From NCBI GenBank assembly GCA_963737085.1, contig CAVTRR010000005.1, positions 173,409 through 237,408 of the forward strand: 64,000 nucleotides of DNA, given 5' to 3'. The notes beneath the pieces are model-generated. The model was not told the DNA's origin. It did not search any database and saw only the letters and a list, made by a program, of their open reading frames with translations. A program made the translations under genes and the position numbers. This DNA is from an uncultured delta proteobacterium. Its GTDB lineage: Bacteria; Myxococcota; Myxococcia; Myxococcales; Anaeromyxobacteraceae. Position 1 is the stretch's first letter, and every line of letters starts with the position of its first letter. Positions 1-10,913 of this stretch are shown piece by piece.

Positions 1-138
1 TACAAGATCCCGCGCTACTACAAGTTCGTGGACGGGTTCCCCATGACGGTCTCGGGGAAGATCCAGAAGTACAAGATGCGCGAGCAGTCGATCCACGAGC
101 TCGGGCTCGAGAAGGCCGCCGCCATCGAGACGGCGTAG
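1..138 (+). CDS. 3' end of an AMP-binding acyl-CoA synthetase family protein (partial)
   Basis: Frame +1 reads [28 protein letters not shown]...*; the P-x-T-x-SGKIQK motif is the C-terminal A10 motif of adenylate-forming enzymes. Stop TAG at 136-138. Confidence 0.8.
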   Translation, partial: YKIPRYYKFVDGFPMTVSGKIQKYKMREQSIHELGLEKAAAIETA

Positions 139-150
139 CGGCGGCCCCCG

Positions 151-180
151 GTCCGCGGCTCCCGGGAGGGGTCGCGGACC
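151..180. terminator. GC-rich hairpin after the AMP-binding gene
   Basis: GGTCCGCG...CGCGGACC inverted repeat 12 nt after the stop. No U-tract, so termination is uncertain. Confidence 0.3.
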
Positions 181-488
181 GCGGGACCCCGCCGCGCCCC
201 GGCCCCGACGCCCCTGCGCGGGTCCTCGCGGCGGCGATCGCCGGGCGCGCGCCCCGCGCCGGGTACACGCGGAGCGGAAGGCGCGCCCGTCGCGGCGCGC
301 CCCGCTCGGCGCGACGTGGCGCCGCGCGAGCAGATCCGGCGAGGCGGTCACGGACGAGGTCCGCCCTTGCGGCGGTGCCCCTCATTTCCGGCCACCTGCC
401 CCGCGCACACGTGCGTACGTTCTCTGGCGCGTGACGCTCTGTCGAGGCGCACGGGCGGGCGGCGGCGGCGACGGTGAGGGGGGGCCCC

Positions 489-2465
489 ATGCGCGCGGTG
501 GAGAGTGCCCTGCCGGGCACGAGCATCCTCGGTCTGCGGCGAGCGATCCGCAGGGTGCTGATGCTGGCGCAGGACTCGCTCATCCCGGTGGCGGCGCTCC
601 AGACCGCGTTCTTCTTCCGGTTCGAGGGCGGCGTTCCGGCGGAGTACGTCCCCATGATGGGCGTCGGCGCGCTCGTGCTCGCCGCCACCCGGCCGCTCGC
701 GTCCGCCGCGTTCGGGCTCGACCGGTGGTCGTTCCGGATGAGCGGGCTGCTCGAGGCGGCGCGGCTCGTGGCCGCGACGACGCTCGGTAGCGCGGTCTTC
801 GTCCTGCTCGCGCCCGCCCTCTTCGGGCGGGGCGTGCCCAGGTCGATCGCCGCGCTCGAGTTCTTCCTGACGACGAGCCTCATGGCCGCCTACCGCTTCG
901 GGCCGCGCCTCGCGCACGGCTGGATGCTCGAGCGGAACCGCTGCCGCAAGCGCGGCGGCGCGCGGCGGACGCTCATCGTGGGGGCGGGGAACGCGGGGGA
1001 CCTCCTGCTGCGCGACCTCCTCCGCTCGGGGGGTCACGATCACTCGGTGGTGGGGTTCCTCGACGACGACCCGGCCAAGATCGGCACCTCGATCGGCGGG
1101 AAGGTCGTCCTCGGCAGGATCGCCGACCTGCCGCGCCTCATCGACAGGCAGCACGTCTCGACGGTGATGCTCGCGATCCCGAGCCTGGCCGGCGAGCGCG
1201 TGCGCGAGATCCTGCGCCTCTGCTCGCGCCACAAGGCGAGCTTCAAGATCGTCCCGTCGTCCTTCGCGTTCCTGAACCGCCGGCTCACCGCGGCGATGCT
1301 CCACGACCTCGCGCCGGAGCACCTCCTCCCGCGCGGCGAGGTCGCGTTCAGCCAGCCGGAGATCCGCTCGCTCGTGCAGGGGCGACGCATCGTCGTCACC
1401 GGCGGGGCGGGCACCATCGGCGGCGAGATCGCCCGCCAGGTGGTGGGGCTCGACGCGGGGCTCGTCGTGCTCGTGGACATCAACGAGAACGAGCTCTACC
1501 TCGGCTACCGGCGCCTCAAGCAGGCGTACCCGAAGGTGGACGTCCGGGTCGAGGTGGCCGACATCCGCGACGAGGCGCGGCTCCACCGCCTGGCCCGGCA
1601 GTACGCGCCCCAGTACGTGTTCCACGCCGCGGCCCACAAGCACGTCCCCCTCATGGAGGACGCGCCCGAGGAGGCGATCAAGAACAACGTGCTCGGCACC
1701 CTGCACGTCGCGAGGATGGCCGACCGCTGTGGGGCCGAGCGGCTCGTGTTCATCTCCACCGACAAGGCGGTGAGGCCCACCTCCGTGATGGGGGCGTCCA
1801 AGCGCATCGGCGAGCTCATCGTGCGCGACCTCGCGCGCTCGTCCGCCACGCGGATGGCGGCGGTCCGCTTCGGGAACGTGCTCGGCTCGGCCGGGAGCGT
1901 CGTCCACCTCTTCAAGGAGCAGATCGAGCGGGGCGGGCCGGTCACGGTGACGGACCCGCGCTGCACGCGCTACTTCATGACGGTCTCGGAGGCGGTGGGG
2001 CTCGTGCTCCTCGCGGGCCTGAGCGGCTACGGCGACGTGTGCGTCCTCGACATGGGGGAGGCGATCCGCATCGAGGACCTCGCCCGCAGCATGATCACCA
2101 TGGCCGGCCGGATCCCCGGGACGGAGATCCCGATCGCCTACACGGGGCTGCGCCCGGGCGAGAAGCTGAACGAGGAGACGCTGACGGAGGACGAGGAGCG
2201 GGCGCTCGTCGTGCGCGACCGCATCAAGGTGGCGAAGAGCCCGCCGCCGCCCGGCGACCTCGCGGCGCAGATCGAGAAGCTCCGGCTGCTCGCGGAGGCC
2301 GGCGCCCGGCAGGAGATCCTCGCCGCCCTGCGGGCGATCGTGCCCACGTACCGGTGGACCCCGAACCATGCCGTCCCCCCGGCGAAGCCGGAGCGTGCCC
2401 CAAGGGCCGTTCTCGCGTGGCAGGCGGAGAGCGCAGCTTGTCCGCTGATCGCGGCTCCCGAGTGA
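489..2465 (+). CDS. Membrane-anchored UDP-GlcNAc 4,6-dehydratase (CapD/PglF/WbpM family)
   Basis: N-terminal TM segments, CoA-binding-like GAGNAG domain, SDR motifs GGAGTIG, HAAAHKHVP, STDKAV, MGASK, RFGNVLGS, GLRPGEKL. ATG 489 follows a G-rich SD. Confidence 0.92.
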   Translation: MRAVESALPGTSILGLRRAIRRVLMLAQDSLIPVAALQTAFFFRFEGGVPAEYVPMMGVGALVLAATRPLASAAFGLDRWSFRMSGLLEAARLVAATTLGSAVFVLLAPALFGRGVPRSIAALEFFLTTSLMAAYRFGPRLAHGWMLERNRCRKRGGARRTLIVGAGNAGDLLLRDLLRSGGHDHSVVGFLDDDPAKIGTSIGGKVVLGRIADLPRLIDRQHVSTVMLAIPSLAGERVREILRLCSRHKASFKIVPSSFAFLNRRLTAAMLHDLAPEHLLPRGEVAFSQPEIRSLVQGRRIVVTGGAGTIGGEIARQVVGLDAGLVVLVDINENELYLGYRRLKQAYPKVDVRVEVADIRDEARLHRLARQYAPQYVFHAAAHKHVPLMEDAPEEAIKNNVLGTLHVARMADRCGAERLVFISTDKAVRPTSVMGASKRIGELIVRDLARSSATRMAAVRFGNVLGSAGSVVHLFKEQIERGGPVTVTDPRCTRYFMTVSEAVGLVLLAGLSGYGDVCVLDMGEAIRIEDLARSMITMAGRIPGTEIPIAYTGLRPGEKLNEETLTEDEERALVVRDRIKVAKSPPPPGDLAAQIEKLRLLAEAGARQEILAALRAIVPTYRWTPNHAVPPAKPERAPRAVLAWQAESAACPLIAAPE

Positions 2466-2485
2466 GCGCGCGAGGGGGCGTCCGG

Positions 2486-3694
2486 ATGCCGCGAGTGTAC
2501 CTGTCGGTGCCGCACATGGGCGGGGCGGAGGAGCGCTACGTGCGCGAGGCCTTCGCCTCCAACTGGCTCTCCACGGTGGGGCCGCACCTCGACGCCCTCG
2601 AGCGCGCCTTCGCCGAGCGCATCGGCCGCCCCGCGGTGGCGCTCTCGAGCGGCACCGCGGCGGTCCACCTCGGGCTGCGCCTCCTCGGGGTGGGGCCGGG
2701 GGACGAGGTGCTCGTCTCCGATCTCACCTTCGTCGCGAGCGTGAACCCCATCCGGTACCTGGGGGCGCGGCCGGTGCTCGTGGACAGCGATCCCGGGACC
2801 TGGATGATGAGCCCCGCGCTCCTCGCCGAGGCGCTCGAGGAGCGAGCCCGCCGCGGGCGGCGGCCGCGGGCCGTGGAGGTGGTCCACCTCTACGGGCAGA
2901 GCGCCGACCTCGACCCGATCCTCGAGGCCTGTCGCCGCCACGAGGTGCCCGTCCTCGAGGACGCCGCGGAGGCGCTCGGGACGCTCTACCGCGGGCGGCC
3001 GGCGGGCGCGTTCGGCGACGTCGCCGCCTTCTCGCTGAACGGCAACAAGATCGTCACCGCGAGCGGCGGCGGGGCGCTCGTGGCGCGCCGGCCGGAGTGG
3101 GTGGAGAAGGCGCGCTTCTGGTCCACGCAGGCGCGCGACCCGGGCGTGAGCTACGAGCACAGCGAGCTCGGGCACAACTACCGGATGTCGAACGTGCTCG
3201 CCGCCATCGCCCGCGGGCAGCTCGAGGTGCTCGACGAGCGGGTGCGCCAGCGGCGCGCGGTGGCGTTCCGCTACCGCGACGCGTTCGCCGACCTGCCCGG
3301 CCTCGCGCTCATGCCGCAGGCGCCCTACGGGCTCCACACCAACTGGCTCTCCTGCTTCCTCGTGGACCGGGAGGCGTTCGGCGCGTCCCGCGACGACCTC
3401 CTCCGCGCGCTGGCCGCCGCCGACATCGAGGCGCGCCCCCTCTGGAAGCCGATGCACCTGCAGCCGCTCTACCGCGAGTGCGAGCGGTACGGCGGGGAGG
3501 TCGCGGCGGGCCTGTTCGAGCGCGGGCTCTGCCTGCCGAGCTCGAGCAGCCTCGCGCCGGACGTGCAGGACCGCGTCGTCGACGTGGTCCGGGCCGTGGC
3601 GCGGCCGCGGCGGGCGCCCGCGGCGGCGCGCGGGCGCGAGGCGCCGGCGCCGGCCCCGGGGGCCGCGCTCGAGGAGCGGCCGGCGTCGTCGTAG
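2486..3694 (+). CDS. DegT/DnrJ/EryC1/StrS PLP-dependent sugar aminotransferase (PglE-like)
   Basis: MPRVYLSVPHMGG, SSGTAAVHLGL, EDAAEALG, SLNGNKIVTASGGG (PLP lysine), GHNYRMSNV, RPLWKPMHLQP, GLCLPS. Confidence 0.92.
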   Translation: MPRVYLSVPHMGGAEERYVREAFASNWLSTVGPHLDALERAFAERIGRPAVALSSGTAAVHLGLRLLGVGPGDEVLVSDLTFVASVNPIRYLGARPVLVDSDPGTWMMSPALLAEALEERARRGRRPRAVEVVHLYGQSADLDPILEACRRHEVPVLEDAAEALGTLYRGRPAGAFGDVAAFSLNGNKIVTASGGGALVARRPEWVEKARFWSTQARDPGVSYEHSELGHNYRMSNVLAAIARGQLEVLDERVRQRRAVAFRYRDAFADLPGLALMPQAPYGLHTNWLSCFLVDREAFGASRDDLLRALAAADIEARPLWKPMHLQPLYRECERYGGEVAAGLFERGLCLPSSSSLAPDVQDRVVDVVRAVARPRRAPAAARGREAPAPAPGAALEERPASS

Positions 3695-3730
3695 CGGGCA
3701 GCGCAGCGTGGAGCGGGGAGGAGAGACGAC

Positions 3731-5098
3731 ATGTACGGTGCGGGGTGGTCGGCGGGTCCGGGCGAGGCGGCGAGCGGCGCGCTGCTCTCGCGCATCCAGT
3801 CGCGCGCGGCGCGGGTGGGGGTGATCGGGCAGGGCTACGTGGGGCTTCCGCTCGCGCTCGTCTTCCGCGAGGCGGGCTTCCCGGTGCTCGGGTTCGACGT
3901 GGACGCGAGGAAGGTGGAGGCGCTCCGCCGCGGCGAGTCCTGCATCCGGCACATCGACCCTCAGCGCGTCGCGCGGGCGGCGGCGAGCGGCGCGTACGAG
4001 GCGACCGGGGACTTCGACCGGCTCGCCGAGTGCGACGCCATCCTGATCTGCGTGCCGACTCCGCTCGGCCCGCACCGGGAGCCGGACAACTCCTACATCC
4101 ACGCGACGGCGCGGGAGATCGCGAAGCGGCTGCGCCCCGGGCAGCTCGTCGTGCTGGAGTCCACGACCTACCCCGGCACCACCGACGAGGAGGTGCTCCC
4201 CATCCTCGAGACGAGCGGCCTGCGCTGCCCCCGGGACTTCTTCCTCGCCTTCTCGCCCGAGCGCGAGGACCCGGGCAACCCGCGGTTCTCGACGCGCTCC
4301 ATCCCCAAGATCGTGGGGGGCGTGAACGGCGCCTCGGCGGAGGTCGCGACGACGCTCTACGGGGCGGCGCTCGAGACCGTGGTCCCCGTGTCGTCCGCGC
4401 GGGTGGCCGAGTCGAGCAAGCTCCTCGAGAACGTCTTCCGATCGGTGAACATCGCGCTCGTGAACGAGCTCAAGGTGACGTTCGACCGCATGGGGATCGA
4501 CGTGTGGGAGGTGATCGAGGCGGCGAAGACGAAGCCGTTCGGCTTCATGCCGTTCTACCCGGGCCCGGGCCTGGGCGGGCACTGCATCCCGCTCGATCCC
4601 TTCTACCTCGCCTGGAAGGCGGCGGAGGCGGGCGTCTGGACCCGGTTCATCGAGCTCGCCGGGGAGATCAACACCTCCATGCCGCGGTACGTCGTCCAGC
4701 GCGTGGCGGAGGCGCTCAACGGGGACGCGAAGTCCGTGAAGGGCGCGCGCGTGCTCGTGCTGGGGCTCGCCTACAAGGCGAACATCGACGACGACCGGGA
4801 GTCGCCCTCCTACGAGATCATCCGCCTGCTCCGGGAGGCGGGGGCGGCGGTGGACTACTGCGACCCGTACTTCCCGGCGGCGCGCAAGGGGCGCAAGCAC
4901 GACCTCGCGCTCGCGTCCGTGCCGTGCACCCCCGAGGTGTTCGCCCGCTACGACGTGCTCGTCGTGTCCACCGCGCACGACGTGTTCAAGGACCGCGCGC
5001 TCTACCGCGACGTCGCGCTCGTGGTCGACGCCCGGAACGTGATCGCGCCCCTCGCGCGCGGAGGCGAGGGCGGGCCGCGGCGGGTCGTGAAGGCGTGA
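3731..5098 (+). CDS. Nucleotide-sugar 6-dehydrogenase (WbpA/WecC-like, UDP-HexNAc dehydrogenase)
   Basis: GQGYVGLP Rossmann motif, ICVPTP, ESTTYPGTT, FSPEREDPGN, KLLENVFR, catalytic GPGLGGHCIP, GLAYK, RESP. Confidence 0.92.
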   Translation: MYGAGWSAGPGEAASGALLSRIQSRAARVGVIGQGYVGLPLALVFREAGFPVLGFDVDARKVEALRRGESCIRHIDPQRVARAAASGAYEATGDFDRLAECDAILICVPTPLGPHREPDNSYIHATAREIAKRLRPGQLVVLESTTYPGTTDEEVLPILETSGLRCPRDFFLAFSPEREDPGNPRFSTRSIPKIVGGVNGASAEVATTLYGAALETVVPVSSARVAESSKLLENVFRSVNIALVNELKVTFDRMGIDVWEVIEAAKTKPFGFMPFYPGPGLGGHCIPLDPFYLAWKAAEAGVWTRFIELAGEINTSMPRYVVQRVAEALNGDAKSVKGARVLVLGLAYKANIDDDRESPSYEIIRLLREAGAAVDYCDPYFPAARKGRKHDLALASVPCTPEVFARYDVLVVSTAHDVFKDRALYRDVALVVDARNVIAPLARGGEGGPRRVVKA

Positions 5099-6093
5099 CG
5101 GAGGTCCCGGACAGCCGGGGCGCGCCCGCGGCGGCGGCGCGCCGCCGGGCGATCCCCGCGCTCGCCGCCCCGGGAGGCTGGCTCCTCGCGGCGACCGTCC
5201 TCGCCGGGCTCGTGCTGCGCCCCGCGTTCGGGGACGAGCTCCTCGTCACGCGCTACACGGGGTACGTGATGCCGTGGCTGCTCGTCGCCCTGCTCCCGGG
5301 CGCGCTCTGGGCGTGCCGGGCGCGCCGCTGGGCGCTCGCGGCCGCGCTCGGCGGGCCGGCGATCGTCATCGCGGGGATCCACGCCCCCCTGTTCGTCCCC
5401 CGCGCCCGCCCGCCCGCTCCCGCGGCGGCGACCCTGAAGGTCATGAGCTTCAACACCTGGTCCAGGAACCGCGACGTCGCCCGGATCGCCGGCGCGATCC
5501 GGGCGGAGGCCGCCGACCTCGTGCTGCTCCAGGAGATCCCGCCCGAGGTGCTCGCGCCGCTCCGGGACGCCCTGCGGGACCTCTACGGCGGAGGGAACCT
5601 GTACTGGGCGTACGAGGCCGACGTCGAGCAGGCGGTGCTGAGCCGTCACCCCCTCGAGCCGCGGCCGCTCCTGGCCGCGCGGGGGCGGGCGCAGCAGGTG
5701 GTCGTCCACTCGCCGTCCGGTCCGATCACGGTCTTCAACGTCCACCCGCTCCGGACCGGCGGGTGGCGGGACCGGTACCGCCAGATCGCCGCGCTCCTCG
5801 AGGAGCACGTGCTGCAGGAGCGATCGCCCGTGATCCTCGCGGGCGACCTCAACGTGAACGACCGCACCCAGCTGTACCGCCTCGTGGCGGGGCGGCTCCG
5901 GAACGCGCACGAGGCGGCGGGGTACGGCTTCGGGTTCACCTACCCCGCCGCCGTGGCGACCTGGCGAGCCCTGCCGGTGGTGCGCATCGACCACGTGTTC
6001 TTCAGCCACCACTTCGTCGCGCTGCGCGCGGGCACCCTGGAGGACTCGGGCGGCTCCGACCACCGCCCGGTGTTCGCGGAGCTCGCGCTCGTG
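5095..6093 (+). CDS. Membrane-anchored endonuclease/exonuclease/phosphatase (EEP) family protein; no in-frame stop after the domain
   Basis: GTG overlaps the upstream stop (GTGA). Three N-terminal TM segments, then VMSFNTW, LQE, AGDLN, RIDHVF, SDHRPV. End given is the domain end; the frame stays open to 9087. Confidence 0.75.
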
Positions 6094-6397
6094 GAGCGCT
6101 CCGACGCTCCGGCGCCGGCGCCGCGCGCGCCTTCGCGAGGCGCTCCGGCGACGGCGGCCACCCCGCGGGTGGGCCCCTCGGCGACCCGCGCGGTGTTCGC
6201 CGGCCGCTCGCCGGCGCGCTTGCCGCGGGAGGTTGCGGGCGGGGGGCGGCGCGACGGGCGGCCGGTGCGCAGACTCCCCCCGACTGCGGTCGCCCGCGGA
6301 AGCGCCAGGCGCGTGACTCCGCGGGGGAGGGGACCCGATGGGCTCACCCGTCAATGGCACGCCTCAGCAGCACGAGCGGGAGCCGGGGGGCGACACG

Positions 6398-8689
6398 ATG
6401 ACGAACAGCACGCAGCATCCCGAGGCGGCGCACGGGGCCGCCGGCCCCGTGAACACGGCGACCGGGATCCCCTCGTCGCTCCGCAACCGCGCGGTGGCGG
6501 CCCGGCCGCCGCTCGCCGCCCGCGCGCCGGAGGACCGGACCGTCGCGGACCTCGCGTGGACGCTCCTCGAGCGGGCCTGGACCGTCGTCACCGTGGCCGG
6601 GGTGGCCGTCGCGCTGGCGGTGCTCTACCTCGCCGCGACGCCGCCCACGTACAAGGCGTCGATCCTCGTGCAGGTGGAGGGCAGCGCGCGGCCGGTCACC
6701 GCGTTCCAGGACGTCGACTCCCTGTTCCGGGAGAGCACGCCCCGGGAAGGCGAGATGCGCATCATGACCTCCCGGGTGCTCCTCGAGGGGATCGTGGCGC
6801 AGCTCGGGCTCGACGTGGATGTGCAGCCCCGCACCGCGCCCGTGATCGGGGCGGCGCTCGCCCGGCGGTGGGACGGGGCCGCGCCGGCGCCGCCGCGCCT
6901 CGGCCTCGACCGCTACGCCTGGGGCGGCGAGCGCCTCGAGGTGGCGCGGCTCACCGTCTCCGACGGGCTCGTCGGCGAGCGCCTGACGCTGGTCGCGCTC
7001 GCGGGCGGCCGCTACCGGGTCGCCGCGGACGACGGCTCGGTCCTCCTCGAGGGCGCGGCGGGGGAGCCCGCCACCGGCACCGACGGGGAGCGCAGCGTCG
7101 AGCTGCTCGTCTCCGCCCTCGCGGCGCGCCCCGGGACCGAGTTCACCCTGGTGAAGCGCCACCCCCTCGACGTCGTCGACGAGCTGCAGGAGGCGCTGCT
7201 CGTCTCGGAGAACGGCAGGGGCACGGGGCTCGTGGAGGTCGCGCTCGCGGGGCCGGACCCGGCCCGCACCGCCGAGATCCTGAACGCGCTCTCCGCGGGG
7301 TACGTGCGCCAGAGCGTCGAGCGGACGTCCGCCGAGGCGGCGAAGATGCTCCGCGTGATGGAGGCGCAGCTGCCGCTCCTGCGGTCGAACCTGGACAAGT
7401 CGGAGCGCGCGCTCAACAACTTCCGCGAGAAGAACGGCACGGTCAACGTCTCGCTCGAGGCGCAGGCGATGCTCGCCCGGCTCCAGGAGATCGATCGCGC
7501 GATCGCCGAGGACGAGGTGAAGACCGCGGAGAGCCACCGGTACACGCAGCAGCACCCGGACCTGCCGCTGGCAATCGGCCGGACGGAGCGGCTCCACGCC
7601 CAGCGCGCCGCCCTCGAGGACCGGATGCGCAGGCTCCCCGATCTCGAGCTCCAGTCGATGCGGCTCTCGCGGACGATGAACGCGGCGGCCGAGCTGTACC
7701 TGCTCGTCCTGAACCGCGCCGAGGAGCTCCGGATCGTGAAGTCGGGCTGGATCGGCAACGCCCGCGTCCTCGAGGGCGCGGCCGTCCCCCACCGGCCGGT
7801 GGCCCCCAAGCCCACGCTCGTGATCGCGCTCGCGGCCCTCCTCGGGCTCGGCGCCGGCGTCGCCGCCGCGTTCCTGAGGGACGCCTTCGGCCGCGGCGCG
7901 GCGCGCCCGGACGAGATCGAGGCGGGCACCGGGCTCCCGGTGCTCGCGAGCATCCCGCACAGCGCGGCCCAGCGCCGGCTCGCCCGCCACGCGCGCCGCC
8001 GGCCCACGCCGCCCCTCTCGATCGCCCGGCCGAAGGACGCCGCGGTCGAGGATCTGCGCGGGCTGCGGACGAGCGTGCAGTTCGCGCTCCAGCACGCGCG
8101 GAACCACGTGGTCGGGATCAGCGGGCTCGCGCCGGGGGCCGGCAAGTCCTTCGTGAGCATGAACCTCGCGCACCTGCTCGCGGCGGCGGGCGAGCGGGTC
8201 GTGCTCGTCGAGACCGACCTGCGCCGGGGAGGCCTGGACCGGTACTTCGGCGGCGAGACCCTGCCGGGCCTCGCGGACATCCTGAATGGCTCGGCGCAGC
8301 TCCAGGACGCGCTGCGGGAGACCACCACCCCGGGCCTGGACCTGCTCCCGAGGGGCACCCTGCCGGACAACCCCGCCGAGCTCCTCGCCGGCGATCGCCT
8401 CCGGCAGGTGCTGGCCGAGCTGGGCGCGCGCTACGAGGTCGTGATCCTGGACGCCTCGCCCATCCTCGCGGTGTCCGACTCGGCGCTCGTCGGGCGGCAC
8501 GCCGGCCTGAACCTGATCGTCCTGCGGGGGGGAGAGCACTCCGTGGCCGACGTCGCGGACGCGGTGAAGCGGCTCGTCCGGAGCGGCGTCACGGTCGCGG
8601 GGGCGGTCCTCAACGACGTGCGGCCCTCGCTGCGGACGCGGGGAGGCCGGAGCGCGAAGTACCGGCGGTACTACGAGGGGTCGGCCTGA
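6398..8689 (+). CDS. wzc: Polysaccharide co-polymerase / BY-kinase (Wzc)
   Basis: Wzz-like N-terminus with TM, periplasmic coiled coil, second TM, Walker A GLAPGAGKS, A' VETDLRRG, Walker B VILDASP, C-terminal Tyr cluster KYRRYYE. Confidence 0.9.
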   Translation: MTNSTQHPEAAHGAAGPVNTATGIPSSLRNRAVAARPPLAARAPEDRTVADLAWTLLERAWTVVTVAGVAVALAVLYLAATPPTYKASILVQVEGSARPVTAFQDVDSLFRESTPREGEMRIMTSRVLLEGIVAQLGLDVDVQPRTAPVIGAALARRWDGAAPAPPRLGLDRYAWGGERLEVARLTVSDGLVGERLTLVALAGGRYRVAADDGSVLLEGAAGEPATGTDGERSVELLVSALAARPGTEFTLVKRHPLDVVDELQEALLVSENGRGTGLVEVALAGPDPARTAEILNALSAGYVRQSVERTSAEAAKMLRVMEAQLPLLRSNLDKSERALNNFREKNGTVNVSLEAQAMLARLQEIDRAIAEDEVKTAESHRYTQQHPDLPLAIGRTERLHAQRAALEDRMRRLPDLELQSMRLSRTMNAAAELYLLVLNRAEELRIVKSGWIGNARVLEGAAVPHRPVAPKPTLVIALAALLGLGAGVAAAFLRDAFGRGAARPDEIEAGTGLPVLASIPHSAAQRRLARHARRRPTPPLSIARPKDAAVEDLRGLRTSVQFALQHARNHVVGISGLAPGAGKSFVSMNLAHLLAAAGERVVLVETDLRRGGLDRYFGGETLPGLADILNGSAQLQDALRETTTPGLDLLPRGTLPDNPAELLAGDRLRQVLAELGARYEVVILDASPILAVSDSALVGRHAGLNLIVLRGGEHSVADVADAVKRLVRSGVTVAGAVLNDVRPSLRTRGGRSAKYRRYYEGSA

Positions 8690-8704
8690 GCGCCGGCGCC
8701 GCGC

Positions 8705-9769
8705 TCACGCGCGGTACGACGGGAAGAAGCCCGGCCGCGGGCGCCACGGCGCGCCCTCGCGGTCGGCGTGCCGGGCGCGAAGGTCGGAGAGCTCGCGGCA
8801 GGCGGCCTCGTCGTGGACGAGGCACGCGACGCGGAACGGCACCTCGCCGTGCCGGGCGAACGCGCGCTTGTACCGGTACAGGCCGTCGTTCGGCTCGCGG
8901 CCGCCGCCCAGGACGCACCACCGCTTGCCCTGCTCCGCCGCCCACGCGCCGATGCTGTGCTTCAGGAGGTAGCTCGAGCCCAGCGCGAGGCCCTCCTCGA
9001 TCGTGCCGCCGAGGAAGTAGTACACGTGCGCGTCGGCGCAGAGGACGAGGTCGGAGGAGAGCACCTTGTCTCCGGCGCGCGCGATGAAGAAGGCGTAGCG
9101 GCCGCGCAGCCGGGTCACGATGGACTCGAAGAAGGACCGCGGGAAGAAGTAGAAGTCGTCCGCCCCATGGCGCTGCATGGTCTGCGTGTACACGCCGAGG
9201 AACGCGTCGAGCCCCTTGCCGTCGAGGTCGACCTCCACGCCGATCCCCGCGCCCCGGGCGTGCTGCACCCACTTCCGCACCTTGCCCTCGTACCCGCGCC
9301 AGAGCGCGTCGACGCCGTGGTCGAGGCTCACGAGGATGTTCTGCGACCGGACCTCGACGCGGCCCGGCATCGGGACGAGCTGCTCGGGGAAGAGCGACAG
9401 GCGCGCGAACGTCGTGACGATCCGCGCCTCCCTGCACCACTCCGCGTGCGCCGCCCAGAAGGCCGCGGGGTCCACCGCGCCCCGGCCGCAGGCGAACGCG
9501 CCGCCGTAGCCGTAGGGCGTCACCGCGTCCCACCGCGGATCGCCGGGCGGCGCCCACGGCTCGAGGGCGAGCGGGCGGAGGACGAGCGGGAACAGGATGG
9601 CGCCGTGCTCCTCCTCCCCGACCGCGCACACGACGCGGTCCCCCGGCCGCGCGAAGAGCTGGGCGTACTCGGGGCGCGTCACGATCTCCTTCCCGGGCCA
9701 GGCGCCCCAAAGGTCGACCCACGCCGCGAGGTCGTGCGCGCTGCCCGCGTCCAGGATCCGGAACCTCAC
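8705..9769 (-). CDS. GNAT/FemAB-like acyltransferase
   Basis: [17 protein letters not shown]...[41 protein letters not shown] match FemAB-like GNAT proteins of sugar loci. GGGAGG SD upstream. Confidence 0.8.
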   Translation of the reverse strand: MRFRILDAGSAHDLAAWVDLWGAWPGKEIVTRPEYAQLFARPGDRVVCAVGEEEHGAILFPLVLRPLALEPWAPPGDPRWDAVTPYGYGGAFACGRGAVDPAAFWAAHAEWCREARIVTTFARLSLFPEQLVPMPGRVEVRSQNILVSLDHGVDALWRGYEGKVRKWVQHARGAGIGVEVDLDGKGLDAFLGVYTQTMQRHGADDFYFFPRSFFESIVTRLRGRYAFFIARAGDKVLSSDLVLCADAHVYYFLGGTIEEGLALGSSYLLKHSIGAWAAEQGKRWCVLGGGREPNDGLYRYKRAFARHGEVPFRVACLVHDEAACRELSDLRARHADREGAPWRPRPGFFPSYRA

Positions 9770-9802
9770 GCGCCGAAGCCTCCCGTCATCCCCGCGCGCG
9801 GC

Positions 9803-10501
9803 TCACGGGCTCGCACGGCCGCCCCCGGCCGCGCCCGCGTCGCGCGCCGGGCCCGCCCCCGCCCGCCCGCCGGCCGGGCCGGGGACGGGCAGCGGAAAGC
9901 CGATCTCGTCGATGTCCTGCGTCTCCCGCACGTCCGAGCGGCGCAGCACCTGGTGCGCCGTGCGCGCGAGGATCCGCAGGTCGAGCCAGAAGCTCCAGTG
10001 GTCCACGTACCAGACGTCGAGCGCGAGCCGCTCCTTGAACCTGAGCGCGTGGCGGCCGTTGACCGCGGCCCACCCGGTGATCCCGGGGAGGACGTCGTGG
10101 CGCCGCCGCTCGTCCGGCGTGTACTGGTCGAGGTACTCGACCAGCAGCGGCCTCGGCCCGACGAGGCTCATGTCCCCGCGCAGCACGTTCCAGAGCTCGG
10201 GGAGCTCGTCGAGGCTCGTCGCGCGCAGGAAGCGCCCGAGGCGCGTCACGCGCTGCCGATCGGTCTGGTACCAGACCTCGCCCGCGCGCGGCGGCCGCAT
10301 CGTGCGGAACTTGTAGATCGTGAACGGGGCCCCGGCGCGCCCCGGGCGCGTCTGCCGGAAGAGGACCGGCCAGCCCTGGGTGACGAGGAGCGCGATCCCG
10401 GTCGCGGCGAGCAGGGGGGAGACGAGCACGAGCCCCGCCCCCGCGCCGCACACGTCGAAGATCCGCTTCAGCTTCAGCGCGAAGGATCTGCTCGCCCCCA
10501 A
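9803..10501 (-). CDS. Monotopic phosphoglycosyl transferase (bacterial sugar transferase, PglC-like)
   Basis: [68 protein letters not shown]. Start at TTG 10501 is uncertain. Confidence 0.88.
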   Translation of the reverse strand: MGASRSFALKLKRIFDVCGAGAGLVLVSPLLAATGIALLVTQGWPVLFRQTRPGRAGAPFTIYKFRTMRPPRAGEVWYQTDRQRVTRLGRFLRATSLDELPELWNVLRGDMSLVGPRPLLVEYLDQYTPDERRRHDVLPGITGWAAVNGRHALRFKERLALDVWYVDHWSFWLDLRILARTAHQVLRRSDVRETQDIDEIGFPLPVPGPAGGRAGAGPARDAGAAGGGRASP

Positions 10502-10913
10502 GGCCGTCCCCCGTCCGATGCCCGTCCGCCCGCCGGCGAGCCCCCCCGCCGCGTCGGCGCCGGGTCCCGCGCGGCGCGCCCGCTCCGCGGCGGCACCAAC
10601 GACGGTAGGGCCTGCCCCCGCGACCGGACAGGGCCAAGGTGGGCCACCGGGACGGGGCGGCAGCGCGGGATCCCGGAGGCCGCCCGGGACGTCCGGCGGC
10701 GGCGCGGGCGATGCCCCATCCGCGCTCGTTGCGGTTCGGCGCGCGCGCCCCGATCCTCCCGGTGCGCCTCTCGCCCCGGCCGTGCCGTTCGCCGCCGCGA
10801 GACCCACCTATGTGGCCACCGAACCGGCACGACGGGTGTACCCCGGATGCGGCGAGCGCCGCGGCGCGCGGCGGCGGCGCGGCCGGCGCACGCCCGACGC
10901 GCGGGTCGGGCCC

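Noticed and set aside
6355-6370. TGGCACG sigma-54-like element before wzc
   Set aside because: GG-to-GC spacing is 9 rather than 10 and the TT of the -12 element is absent.
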